Source: an uncultured Bacteroidales bacterium (GTDB lineage: Bacteria > Bacteroidota > Bacteroidia > Bacteroidales > UBA932). Taken from it: DNA of 24,000 nt. The position numbers and the translations under genes were made by a program. The DNA is taken from contig ONEF01000015.1 in assembly GCA_900316795.1 (NCBI GenBank), positions 40,519 to 64,518 on the forward strand. Reading direction: 5' to 3'. A model generated the notes under the pieces. That model ran no database searches. It saw only the letters and a list, made by a program, of their open reading frames with translations, and had not been told where the DNA came from. Of this stretch, positions 9,641 through 16,523 are shown in pieces. The stretch's first letter is position 1, and each line of letters starts with the position of its first letter.

Positions 9641-11910
9641 AAAGTAGAGAGAAAATAAGGTCCGATTTCAAAAAGATAAAGGACGCTGCTTCAGAAAGAT
9701 CAATGAAAAAGAAGTCTTTCTGGACAGGCTTGGTTCTGATAGCCTTTGCGGCAGTTTTCCTGGAAGCCATTTCCCTTCTACAGGCGCACTATGCCAAGAA
9801 AGGAGTGAGGACCGAGGCTATAGCCAGGGCTGAAAGCCAGCTGAACTCGACCCGCAACAACATCCTGAATATTGTCAACCAGGTTGAAAGTGCGGTCAGG
9901 AACACCGTATGGGTAGCCCAGTGGTGCCTGGATGTTCCGGACAGCCTCCAAAACATCCCCAAGCTGATAGTAAACAACAACCCGATAGTAGCCGGTTCCA
10001 CGATAGCGCTTGTGCCAGGCTATTACAAAGACCGTCCTTTATATGCGCCTTATTCTGCCATCACAAACGGGGAGATTATGGACAAGACGCTGGCAACTCC
10101 AGAATACGACTACCCGTCAAAGGAGTGGTTCACAAAACCAATAGAAAAGGAAAAAGACTACTGGTCAGAACCATATATAGACACCGGAGGCGGAGAAATC
10201 CTGATGACAACATATTCCGTTCCTATCCGAGACAAGACCGGCCGCATAGCAGCTGTCCTTACAGCGGACCTGGATCTGGAATGGCTTTCCACACTTGTTG
10301 AAGGCCTGAAAATCTACCCTAGCGCCTTCAGCACTGTAGTCAGCCGCACTGGACAGATTATGGTCAGCCCGGCAGAAACACTGGTGATGAAAACCAACAT
10401 CAACGAATTTGCATCATCCGTCAAAGACTCCAATGACCTTAAGAAGCTCAACGCCGCAATGCTCAACAGAGAAAGCGGAAATATGCTGATCACGCACGAA
10501 GGCGAGAAGAACATGGTACTGTTCGGCCCTATAGACAGGACCGGCTGGGCTATCAACGTATTCATTCCTGAGAAGGAGATATTTGCCAACCTGGACAAGC
10601 TCAGCAGTTTCATAAGGATTCTCCAGCTGCTTGGACTCGTGCTTCTGTTCCTGATAATGAGATCGGTAGCCAACAGCCAGATCCGTTTCAAGGCTATCAA
10701 CGACAGAAAAGAAAAGATGGAAAACGAGCTCCACATAGCCAGCAGGATCCAGATGTCCATGATTCCGAAGATATTCCCTCCGTTCCCTACAAGGAAAGAC
10801 ATAGACATGGCGGCAGACATTGTTCCAGCCAAGGAAGTTGGTGGAGACCTGTATGACTTTTTCATCCGCGACGAGAAACTTTTCTTCTGCATCGGGGATG
10901 TATCAGGCAAGGGAGTGCCTGCATCTATGGTAATGGCCGTGACACGCAGCCTCTTCCGCAGCGTGTCCACCCGGGAAGACAACCCGGCAGACATAGTTTC
11001 TTCCATCAACGACAGCATGTCTGACATGAATGAAAGCAACATGTTCGTAACCTTCTTCTGCGGAGTTCTCAATCTGTCTGACGGGACTCTGAAGTACTGC
11101 AACGCAGGCCATAACGCTCCTCTTATACTCACTGACAGAATAGAGTGCCTCAATGTCGTACCTAACCTGCCTATAGGAGTTCTCAAAGGTATGGGCTACC
11201 AGCAACAGGAGACTTCTCTAAAATACGATGACGCCATCTTCCTCTACACAGACGGCATAACAGAAGCCGAGAACCTGAAACACGAACAGTTTGGCCTGAC
11301 CCGGCTCAAGAACACCCTCTCAGGCAGGAAAGCCTCAATTGAACATCTCAAGAATGTACAGACGGCTGTGTCAAAGTTCGTGGACGGAGCGCCTCAGAGC
11401 GATGACATGACTATGCTGTTCATCCACTACCTCAACAGCAACATAATGGTGGCAGGAGGCACTCCGGAGGCCAACAACGGCTTGAACGATAACTCTGACA
11501 GTTCATACAGCTTGCGCATCACCAATGACATACAGCAGATACGCAAACTTTCCGAACTTATAGACAAAATCGCTGAGGAAAATAAAATCTCCAACCAGCT
11601 CCACTCCAGCATAAATCTTGCAGTGGAAGAAGCCGTGACCAACGTAATATGTTATGCGTATGGAGAAAAGAAGAACATGCCTATAGACATAAACGTTTTC
11701 GTCCGTGAGGGAGAGATAAAATTTGACATCGAAGACTCCGGCAAACCATTCGACCCTACGGCAGCACCTAAGGCCAACACCGCCTCAGATGCTGACCAGC
11801 GCCAGGTAGGAGGCTTGGGAATACATTTGTTCAAAAACATAATGGACAGCGTAAACTATTCATACAGAGACGGCAAAAACATATTGTCATTGACAAAGCG
11901 CTTTATCTGA
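9637..11910 (+). CDS. Membrane sensor with dCache-like domain, PP2C/SpoIIE-type phosphatase domain and C-terminal RsbW-like HATPase domain
   Basis: 757 aa; N-terminal TM, extracytoplasmic YDYPSKEWFTKPI...TADLDLEWLS (Cache-like), second TM, MIPKIFPP...PAKEVGGDLYDFF...GDVSGKGVPASMVM...LYTDGITEAEN (PP2C), then SSINLAVEEAVTNVICYAYG...DSGKPFDP...GGLGIHLFKNIMD (HATPase_c_2). ATGA overlap with the upstream CDS. Confidence 0.9.
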   Translation: MKSREKIRSDFKKIKDAASERSMKKKSFWTGLVLIAFAAVFLEAISLLQAHYAKKGVRTEAIARAESQLNSTRNNILNIVNQVESAVRNTVWVAQWCLDVPDSLQNIPKLIVNNNPIVAGSTIALVPGYYKDRPLYAPYSAITNGEIMDKTLATPEYDYPSKEWFTKPIEKEKDYWSEPYIDTGGGEILMTTYSVPIRDKTGRIAAVLTADLDLEWLSTLVEGLKIYPSAFSTVVSRTGQIMVSPAETLVMKTNINEFASSVKDSNDLKKLNAAMLNRESGNMLITHEGEKNMVLFGPIDRTGWAINVFIPEKEIFANLDKLSSFIRILQLLGLVLLFLIMRSVANSQIRFKAINDRKEKMENELHIASRIQMSMIPKIFPPFPTRKDIDMAADIVPAKEVGGDLYDFFIRDEKLFFCIGDVSGKGVPASMVMAVTRSLFRSVSTREDNPADIVSSINDSMSDMNESNMFVTFFCGVLNLSDGTLKYCNAGHNAPLILTDRIECLNVVPNLPIGVLKGMGYQQQETSLKYDDAIFLYTDGITEAENLKHEQFGLTRLKNTLSGRKASIEHLKNVQTAVSKFVDGAPQSDDMTMLFIHYLNSNIMVAGGTPEANNGLNDNSDSSYSLRITNDIQQIRKLSELIDKIAEENKISNQLHSSINLAVEEAVTNVICYAYGEKKNMPIDINVFVREGEIKFDIEDSGKPFDPTAAPKANTASDADQRQVGGLGIHLFKNIMDSVNYSYRDGKNILSLTKRFI

Positions 11911-11964
11911 AAACCAAAGGGTAAAGGCTCATTTAAACGAAACAAAAACAAAAAAAAATAAAAC

Positions 11965-12267
11965 ATGAAGATCAACACCAAAAGACAAGAAGGCATCGTG
12001 ACCGCCGAACTCGTCGGCAGACTTGATACCCCCGCATCGCAGGAAGTTGGAAACGACCTGCTGGTCCTTCAGAACGATGCAGACAAAACCATTATTCTTG
12101 ACTGCACAGCCTTGGAATACATCTCATCTTCAGGATTGAGGCTTTTTCTCACTCTCAGGAAAGCCGCCAGCCAGAAAGGCGGCAAAGTCATTGTGAAAAA
12201 CATAAATGACGACATCCGAAGCGTCTTTATGATGACAGGCTTTTTGAACTTGTTTGAGATTATTTGA
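11965..12267 (+). CDS. STAS-domain anti-sigma factor antagonist-like protein
   Basis: 100 aa; ELVGRLDTPASQEV, ILDCTALEYISSSGLRLFLTLRKAA with the conserved phosphorylatable Ser region. Confidence 0.88.
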   Translation: MKINTKRQEGIVTAELVGRLDTPASQEVGNDLLVLQNDADKTIILDCTALEYISSSGLRLFLTLRKAASQKGGKVIVKNINDDIRSVFMMTGFLNLFEII

Positions 12268-12302
12268 CGCACAAAGTCTCTGCACAAAAAGAAGGGATGA
12301 AA

Positions 12303-12336
12303 AAAAGGGGTGACCAGTAATTTGGCCACCCCCTTT
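12303..12336. terminator. Bidirectional-type terminator hairpin between convergent genes
   Basis: AAAAGGGGTGaCCA-gtaatt-TGGCCACCCCCTTT, one mismatch in the stem; gives a U-run on the minus transcript (GGTCACCCCTTTTTT). Confidence 0.65.
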
Positions 12337-12366
12337 CTGTTCCTGGAGTCACTCCAGATAGCGCTC

Positions 12367-12804
12367 CTACTTGACCTCTATCATCCTGTGCTCTTCTGTC
12401 TTAGGCTCCTTCACAATCTTAGGGAGATGAACATTCAAGACACCGTTCTCCATCTTTGCCTCAATCTTCTCCCTATCCACGTCGTCAGGCAGAACCAGAC
12501 TCTGATGGAACTTCTCGTAAGAGAATTCACGCCTCAGGAACCTACCCTTCTTTCCACCCTCTTTCTCTTTGTTCTCGGTCTTCTTCTCCATATTGATTAC
12601 AAGGTTACCCTCGCTGTCGAGCTGAATCTTGAAGTCCTCCTTTGAAAGGCCTGGAGCCGCAAGTTCAAGTTCGTACTCTTTTTCGTTTTCAATTACATTG
12701 ATGGCAGGAGCCGTATAATTTGTCCTTTCCATCCAGCTGTTGTCGAAGAAATCATTGAATATCTCTGGCAGCCAGCTATTTGAAGTTCTTCTTACAGGTA
12801 GCAT
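12367..12804 (-). CDS. Small heat shock protein, Hsp20/alpha-crystallin family
   Basis: 145 aa; YELELAAPGLSKEDFKIQLDSEGNLVI, FLRREFSYEKFHQSLVLPDDVDREKIEAKMENGVLNVHLPK. Confidence 0.93.
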   Translation of the reverse strand: MLPVRRTSNSWLPEIFNDFFDNSWMERTNYTAPAINVIENEKEYELELAAPGLSKEDFKIQLDSEGNLVINMEKKTENKEKEGGKKGRFLRREFSYEKFHQSLVLPDDVDREKIEAKMENGVLNVHLPKIVKEPKTEEHRMIEVK

Positions 12805-13087
12805 AATACAACAGTTTTTAATGTTCAGCCGTCCGGTCTGCTATCTTGAACACCCAACATCCGCAAACCTTCTTCGCTGATCCGTCATTCAGACAGACAC
12901 CTTGGAATCTGCAAACCCGGTGCCAGTTCCAAAACACCTCAAAAAACTCCCTTCCAAAACCTAAAAACCTGAAAAAAAGGCACAAACAACTGCTAAAAAG
13001 TCATTCTCCAACCTTAAAAGAAGACTTTTTGGCAAACCAAAGCCATAAATCCTTAAATTCGCTCCCCGAAACGAAAAAGCTATTACA

Positions 13088-13900
13088 ATGAACATTGTTT
13101 TATTTGCACCCAATTCCTTAAAAGCATCGCTGAGAACCTTTACGGCAGCTATGATGGCTGCACTTGCCTTGACTTCCTGCAGCAAGAGCGAGAAGAACAT
13201 TCCGGTTGAACAGATTGAGATACGGCCCAACAGCATAGAAATGTTCAAGGACCAGAGCATTTCCGTAAACATAACCACTTTGCCTGAAAACGCCACCAAC
13301 GCTTCTGACCTCCAAGTAACTACCGGTACACCAGCCGTGGCCTCATACGAAAACGGCAAGGTAACAGGCGTATCTGCCGGAAGCACCACCCTAACTGCCA
13401 TCTGCGGAGCCGTAAAGCAGACCGCCACCATAAAGGTCTATTGGACAATGTCCAGGAACGGAACCTCCCGCCCTATCAAACAGACCTCCGGCTTCAAGTA
13501 CTTCATGGGCTCATCACAAGTTGACTCCTACGATGTGGACTTCTCTGACGGCTCAGAGCATTTCAGAATATGGATACCAGCCAAACTTCTGGGCAAGACC
13601 ATAGACATCTCCAAGCCTCTTCCTGCGCTTACAGAAGACTGGGATTCCTGCTTCCTGAATTACAGAAGCAACGACTACCAAAACGACTGCACCATCTTCA
13701 TGCAGGCAGATTCCAATCCTATAATCAGAAACAGCGACTGGGACATACTCCCGCTGAATCCTTCAGGCACATTCTCACTTAACCTGATCCCGTCCAAAGG
13801 CTATGTGGCAGACATAGACATCAGGCTCAGCAACGGCCACACCTGGAAGCTCCACTACGAAGGCCCCATAGCCACAGAAGAACGGGGAGAAAAGAGCTAA
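13088..13900 (+). CDS. Lipoprotein with BIG2 (bacterial Ig-like group 2) domain; alternative start at 13151
   Basis: Lipobox-like LALTSC after a hydrophobic stretch; VEQIEIRPNSIEMFKDQSISVNITTLPENA...ASYENGKVTGVSAGSTTLTAICG is BIG2-like. Confidence 0.7.
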   Translation: MNIVLFAPNSLKASLRTFTAAMMAALALTSCSKSEKNIPVEQIEIRPNSIEMFKDQSISVNITTLPENATNASDLQVTTGTPAVASYENGKVTGVSAGSTTLTAICGAVKQTATIKVYWTMSRNGTSRPIKQTSGFKYFMGSSQVDSYDVDFSDGSEHFRIWIPAKLLGKTIDISKPLPALTEDWDSCFLNYRSNDYQNDCTIFMQADSNPIIRNSDWDILPLNPSGTFSLNLIPSKGYVADIDIRLSNGHTWKLHYEGPIATEERGEKS

Positions 13901-13904
13901 TCCT

Positions 13905-13960
13905 CCCGCACAATCCTGGAATTGTAAAAAAATAAAGCAGTTTTTTAATGAATGTCTTGC
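13905..13960. repeat. Repeat R1: 29-bp core 13905-13933 (CCCGCACAATCCTGGAATTGTAAAAAAAT) plus right extension to 13960
   Basis: Core identical to R2; whole 56 bp matches R3 with about 5 mismatches (shared TTAATGAATGTCTTGC end). Confidence 0.85.
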
Positions 13961-13975
13961 AGAATACAATCCATT

Positions 13976-14545
13976 TCATACCTTTGCATCAGACAATGGC
14001 GGCTGAGGATATATCTGGGGATCGTGCCCAGAGGAAGATTCCCCGGCCGCTTTATTATACAGCACCTTTTCTATCTTCCCACTGCCCAGTTTTGATATAT
14101 CGCGACCAAAGACCGTCGAAATATTAGACACCAATATATTTCGCCCTATACTATTGACATTCAAGCCAACACAAATATTCTTATCTTTAATGATTGCCGA
14201 TGTATAGACCCTAAAACTTCTGCCACTTCCACCATAACTGCATATCGCCAGTGGTTCATTGATTACTTCCATTATCTCTAACCACAACTCCTCAGAAATA
14301 CTATGAAACGCATCCTTTGAATGTCTCTTTTCAGATATAACTCTTCTGTTAGCCGTTATGGCACCGTACATTCCATATTTATTCAGAATCTTACCTGTTA
14401 CCCCTATTTTGAAATAAGCCAAAGGAAGTTTCTCTCCCCTTTTCTTTTTCTGTATAAGCTCAATAAAACCAGCAAGATCAGATCCATTTCTCTTGTCATA
14501 CTCTTGTATCTTCCTGCCTATTGGAATAAAAACTTCCATACCCAT
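13976..14545 (-). CDS. Putative barnase/EndoU-like nuclease or toxin-domain protein (MuF C-terminal / PBECR-like)
   Basis: 189 aa; pattern PLAICSYGGSGRSFRVYTSAIIKDKNICVGLNVNSIGRNILVSNISTVFGRD resembles MuF-C/PBECR domains; assignment by eye only. Confidence 0.45.
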   Translation of the reverse strand: MGMEVFIPIGRKIQEYDKRNGSDLAGFIELIQKKKRGEKLPLAYFKIGVTGKILNKYGMYGAITANRRVISEKRHSKDAFHSISEELWLEIMEVINEPLAICSYGGSGRSFRVYTSAIIKDKNICVGLNVNSIGRNILVSNISTVFGRDISKLGSGKIEKVLYNKAAGESSSGHDPQIYPQPPLSDAKV

Positions 14546-14562
14546 CTACAACTAGAAAGGTA

Positions 14563-14642
14563 CAAAGCTACACCCAAAACCTACTCAGCACCAAGCCAAA
14601 CGGTAAAAATAACCCCGCACAATCCTGGAATTGTAAAAAAAT
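14563..14642. repeat. Repeat R2: core 14614-14642, left extension from 14563
   Basis: Core identical to R1; left part (CAAAGCTACACC ... CAAGCCAAACGGTAAAAAT) shared with R3. Confidence 0.85.
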
Positions 14643-14668
14643 GAGGGGAATATAGTCAAACTTCTGAC

Positions 14669-14703
14669 TTCCTCAAGATCAAAGGTTTCCTCAAGATCAA
14701 AGG
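14669..14703. repeat. Two tandem copies of TTCCTCAAGATCAAAGG, period 18
   Basis: TTCCTCAAGATCAAAGG-T-TTCCTCAAGATCAAAGG read directly. Confidence 0.85.
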
Positions 14704-14722
14704 CTTCCCAAAAGCGCCATCG

Positions 14723-14765
14723 CCTACTTGTACTTCTGGAAGTTATACTTTTCTCTCAGCGATGC
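14723..14765 (-). pseudogene. Remnant of the 3' end of the 16086-16277 gene
   Basis: 43-bp identical copy of 16085-16127; in reverse complement reads A-S-L-R-E-K-Y-N-F-Q-K-Y-K-stop. Confidence 0.75.
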
Positions 14766-14778
14766 TGTAACACGCCCG

Positions 14779-15789
14779 TCACTTTTTGAGCTTCATCCTG
14801 ATCTGCCCCACCTCATCGGCCAACTGGACAGAAGACGGCAGATACAGCTCGTAACGGCTCGCCATAATTGTTTTGTTATCTGCCGGCAATGCCATTTTTA
14901 CTACAGTATCATTCTTGCTGGAACACAGCAGTATACCTATAGTCGGATTCTCTTCCTCCAGTTTCTCGCACCTGTCGTAATAGTTTACATACATCTGCAA
15001 CTGCCCCAAATCCTGGTGTGTGAGTTTTCCCGTCTTTAATTCCACAACCACAAAACACCTCAACAATCTGTTATACAATACCAGATCAACAAAGAACTCG
15101 TCATCCTCAAGCATTATACGCCTCTGGCGGGCAACAAACGAAAAACCTTTTCCCATTTCCAGCAAAAACTCGGTCAGATGGTCTATTATCGCACTCTCCA
15201 GATCTTTTTCATAGTACGATGGCCTTCTTTCCAACCCCAAAAACTCAAGCATCATCGGGTCTTTAATGACTTCTTGAGGGTTCTCCGGTATTCTATCACG
15301 TCTGGCGACAGCAAGAACAGACTCTTTGTCATTGCTTATAAGAAGTCTTTCATACAAGCCTGAGTAAATCTGGCGTTCAAGTTCCCTGCTGTTCCATCCA
15401 TTGTTCACTGCCTCAAGTTCGTAATACTCTCGTTTATCTTCATTGGGAATCGCTATAAGTAACTTATACTGAGTCCAATTCAATTGTGAACGCAGTGCGT
15501 GCACAATTGGATAAGTAATGAAAAACTGTCTACATAAATTCAGTTGCCTCACCCCAAATCCACTCCCATATTCCGGCTCAAGCCGCTCCGCCAACCTTTT
15601 TATCAGATAGCTCCCGTACTCGGCCCTGGCCTTCCCATGTTGCTCTTCCTCAAATATCCTGCGCCCGATATTCCAGTACATCTGAACACGGCTGAAGTTC
15701 ACGCTCCTGACGGCCCCTTCTCTAGCCTTGTCTATAATTCCCTTTATCTCCCCGATAAAACCTTCTTTCACAATCTTAAACTCATCCAT
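14779..15789 (-). CDS. PDDEXK nuclease domain-containing protein, YhcG/DUF1016 family
   Basis: 336 aa; VQMYWNIGRRIFEEEQHGKARAEYG, FFVDLVLYNRLLRCFVVVELKTGKLTHQDLGQLQMYVNYYD (PDDEXK core), NPTIGILLCSSKND. Confidence 0.93.
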   Translation of the reverse strand: MDEFKIVKEGFIGEIKGIIDKAREGAVRSVNFSRVQMYWNIGRRIFEEEQHGKARAEYGSYLIKRLAERLEPEYGSGFGVRQLNLCRQFFITYPIVHALRSQLNWTQYKLLIAIPNEDKREYYELEAVNNGWNSRELERQIYSGLYERLLISNDKESVLAVARRDRIPENPQEVIKDPMMLEFLGLERRPSYYEKDLESAIIDHLTEFLLEMGKGFSFVARQRRIMLEDDEFFVDLVLYNRLLRCFVVVELKTGKLTHQDLGQLQMYVNYYDRCEKLEEENPTIGILLCSSKNDTVVKMALPADNKTIMASRYELYLPSSVQLADEVGQIRMKLKK

Positions 15790-15813
15790 AATACAGTGTC
15801 TCTAAATCCCCAT

Positions 15814-15919
15814 CAAAGCTACACCACACAAACACCCCAAACAAGCCAAATGGTAAAATTGACCCTGTACAATCCTGGAATTGTAAAAAAATGAATCAGT
15901 TTTTAAATGAATGTCTTGC
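15814..15919. repeat. Repeat R3: core 15864-15892, with both left (R2-like) and right (R1-like) extensions
   Basis: CCTGTACAATCCTGGAATTGTAAAAAAAT core (2 differences from R1/R2); left part like R2, right part like R1. Confidence 0.85.
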
Positions 15920-15985
15920 TACTGCCGAGTGCTGAATCTCGGCGATGGCGCCTTGCAAACAACAACTGGCTATCAGCAGATCCCC

Positions 15986-16018
15986 AAAAGCACCCCATAA
16001 AAAAGGCAGGGTGCTTTT
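15986..16018. terminator. Strong hairpin, probable terminator for the minus-strand small gene
   Basis: Perfect 10-bp stem AAAAGCACCC ... GGGTGCTTTT, 13-nt loop, U-rich on either strand. Confidence 0.6.
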
Positions 16019-16085
16019 TCTCAGGCATACTGACATTCAACTACTTACAAAGCACCATCGCCGATTAAAGTGCAAACACCATCAC

Positions 16086-16277
16086 CTACTTGTACTTCTG
16101 GAAGTTATACTTTTCTCTCAGCGATGCCTTCACATCTTCATTCTGGTGCCTGAAATACCCCTTCCATCCCGGGCAGAAATTGATATGCCATCTCCAGAAC
16201 CTTCCTATCAGAGACTTAGGGTTCTTGTCATACCTTGCCCTGAACGGACATGTCTCACAACGATACTTCTTTGCCAT
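16086..16277 (-). CDS. Small Cys-containing conserved hypothetical protein
   Basis: 63 aa MAKKYRCETCPFRARYDKNPKSLIGRFWRWHINFCPGWKGYFRHQNEDVKASLREKYNFQKYK; CxxC...C zinc-binding-like pattern, followed by a hairpin; partial duplicate at 14723-14765. Confidence 0.6.
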   Translation of the reverse strand: MAKKYRCETCPFRARYDKNPKSLIGRFWRWHINFCPGWKGYFRHQNEDVKASLREKYNFQKYK

Positions 16278-16286
16278 AATTATATA

Positions 16287-16454
16287 TTAAACAAATCTAT
16301 CCAAGCACCACATCCAGCACCATCATCAGGGCAAACCCAAGCATCAGCTTCTGCATCCAGGCAGAAATCTCCTTTTTCAGGCAAAACACGAACCCTGCCC
16401 CCCCTACAGTTCCTGCCAGTGGTATCATCAATGCTGTCAGAATCTCTTTCATCT
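16287..16454 (-). pseudogene. Possible N-terminal remnant of a ZIP-family metal transporter
   Basis: Reverse complement reads MKEILTALMIPLAGTVGGAGFVFCLKKEISAWMQKLMLGFALMMVLDVVCLDRFV*; resembles the ZIP N-terminus (IPLxGTxxGAxxVFxxKKE...LxKxLLGFAxG) then diverges and stops. Confidence 0.4.
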
Positions 16455-16504
16455 CGGCACAAATATACCAAGAAATACTTTTATTCTCAGCGACAAAGAA
16501 GTAT

Positions 16505-16512
16505 TATCTTTG
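16505..16512 (+). promoter_or_regulatory. Possible -7 element (TATCTTTG) for the NERD-domain gene
   Basis: TAnnTTTG match 12 nt before the ATG at 16524. Confidence 0.35.
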
Positions 16513-16523
16513 CAACTGCTATA

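Noticed and set aside
12846-13431. ORFs 12846-13091 (+) and 12961-13431 (-) near the BIG2 lipoprotein
   Set aside because: Lys/Ser-rich or antisense with no recognisable domain; not supported as genes.
14669-14703. Two-copy 18-bp tandem repeat as a regulatory array
   Set aside because: Only two copies and no adjacent feature it would explain; recorded as a repeat, not as a system.
14321-15894. Plus-strand ORFs 14321-14644, 15020-15214, 15178-15363 and 15544-15894
   Set aside because: Two of them end in the same NPGIVKK only because they run through repeats R2 and R3; all are antisense to supported genes.
13905-15919. Repeats R1-R3 as a CRISPR array
   Set aside because: Only three copies, spaced about 709 and 1250 bp apart, with genes between them and no cas genes; not CRISPR.
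13905-15919. R1-R3 as canonical integron attC sites
   Set aside because: I could not find paired RYYYAAC/GTTRRRY core sites in the expected arrangement, and no integron integrase lies in the window; left as an unexplained cassette-like repeat.
15945-16523. Upstream extension of the NERD ORF on the plus strand
   Set aside because: Antisense to the small Cys-rich gene and to the ZIP-like fragment, Ser/Pro-rich without domains; a -7-like box and hydrophobic N-terminus support the start at 16524.
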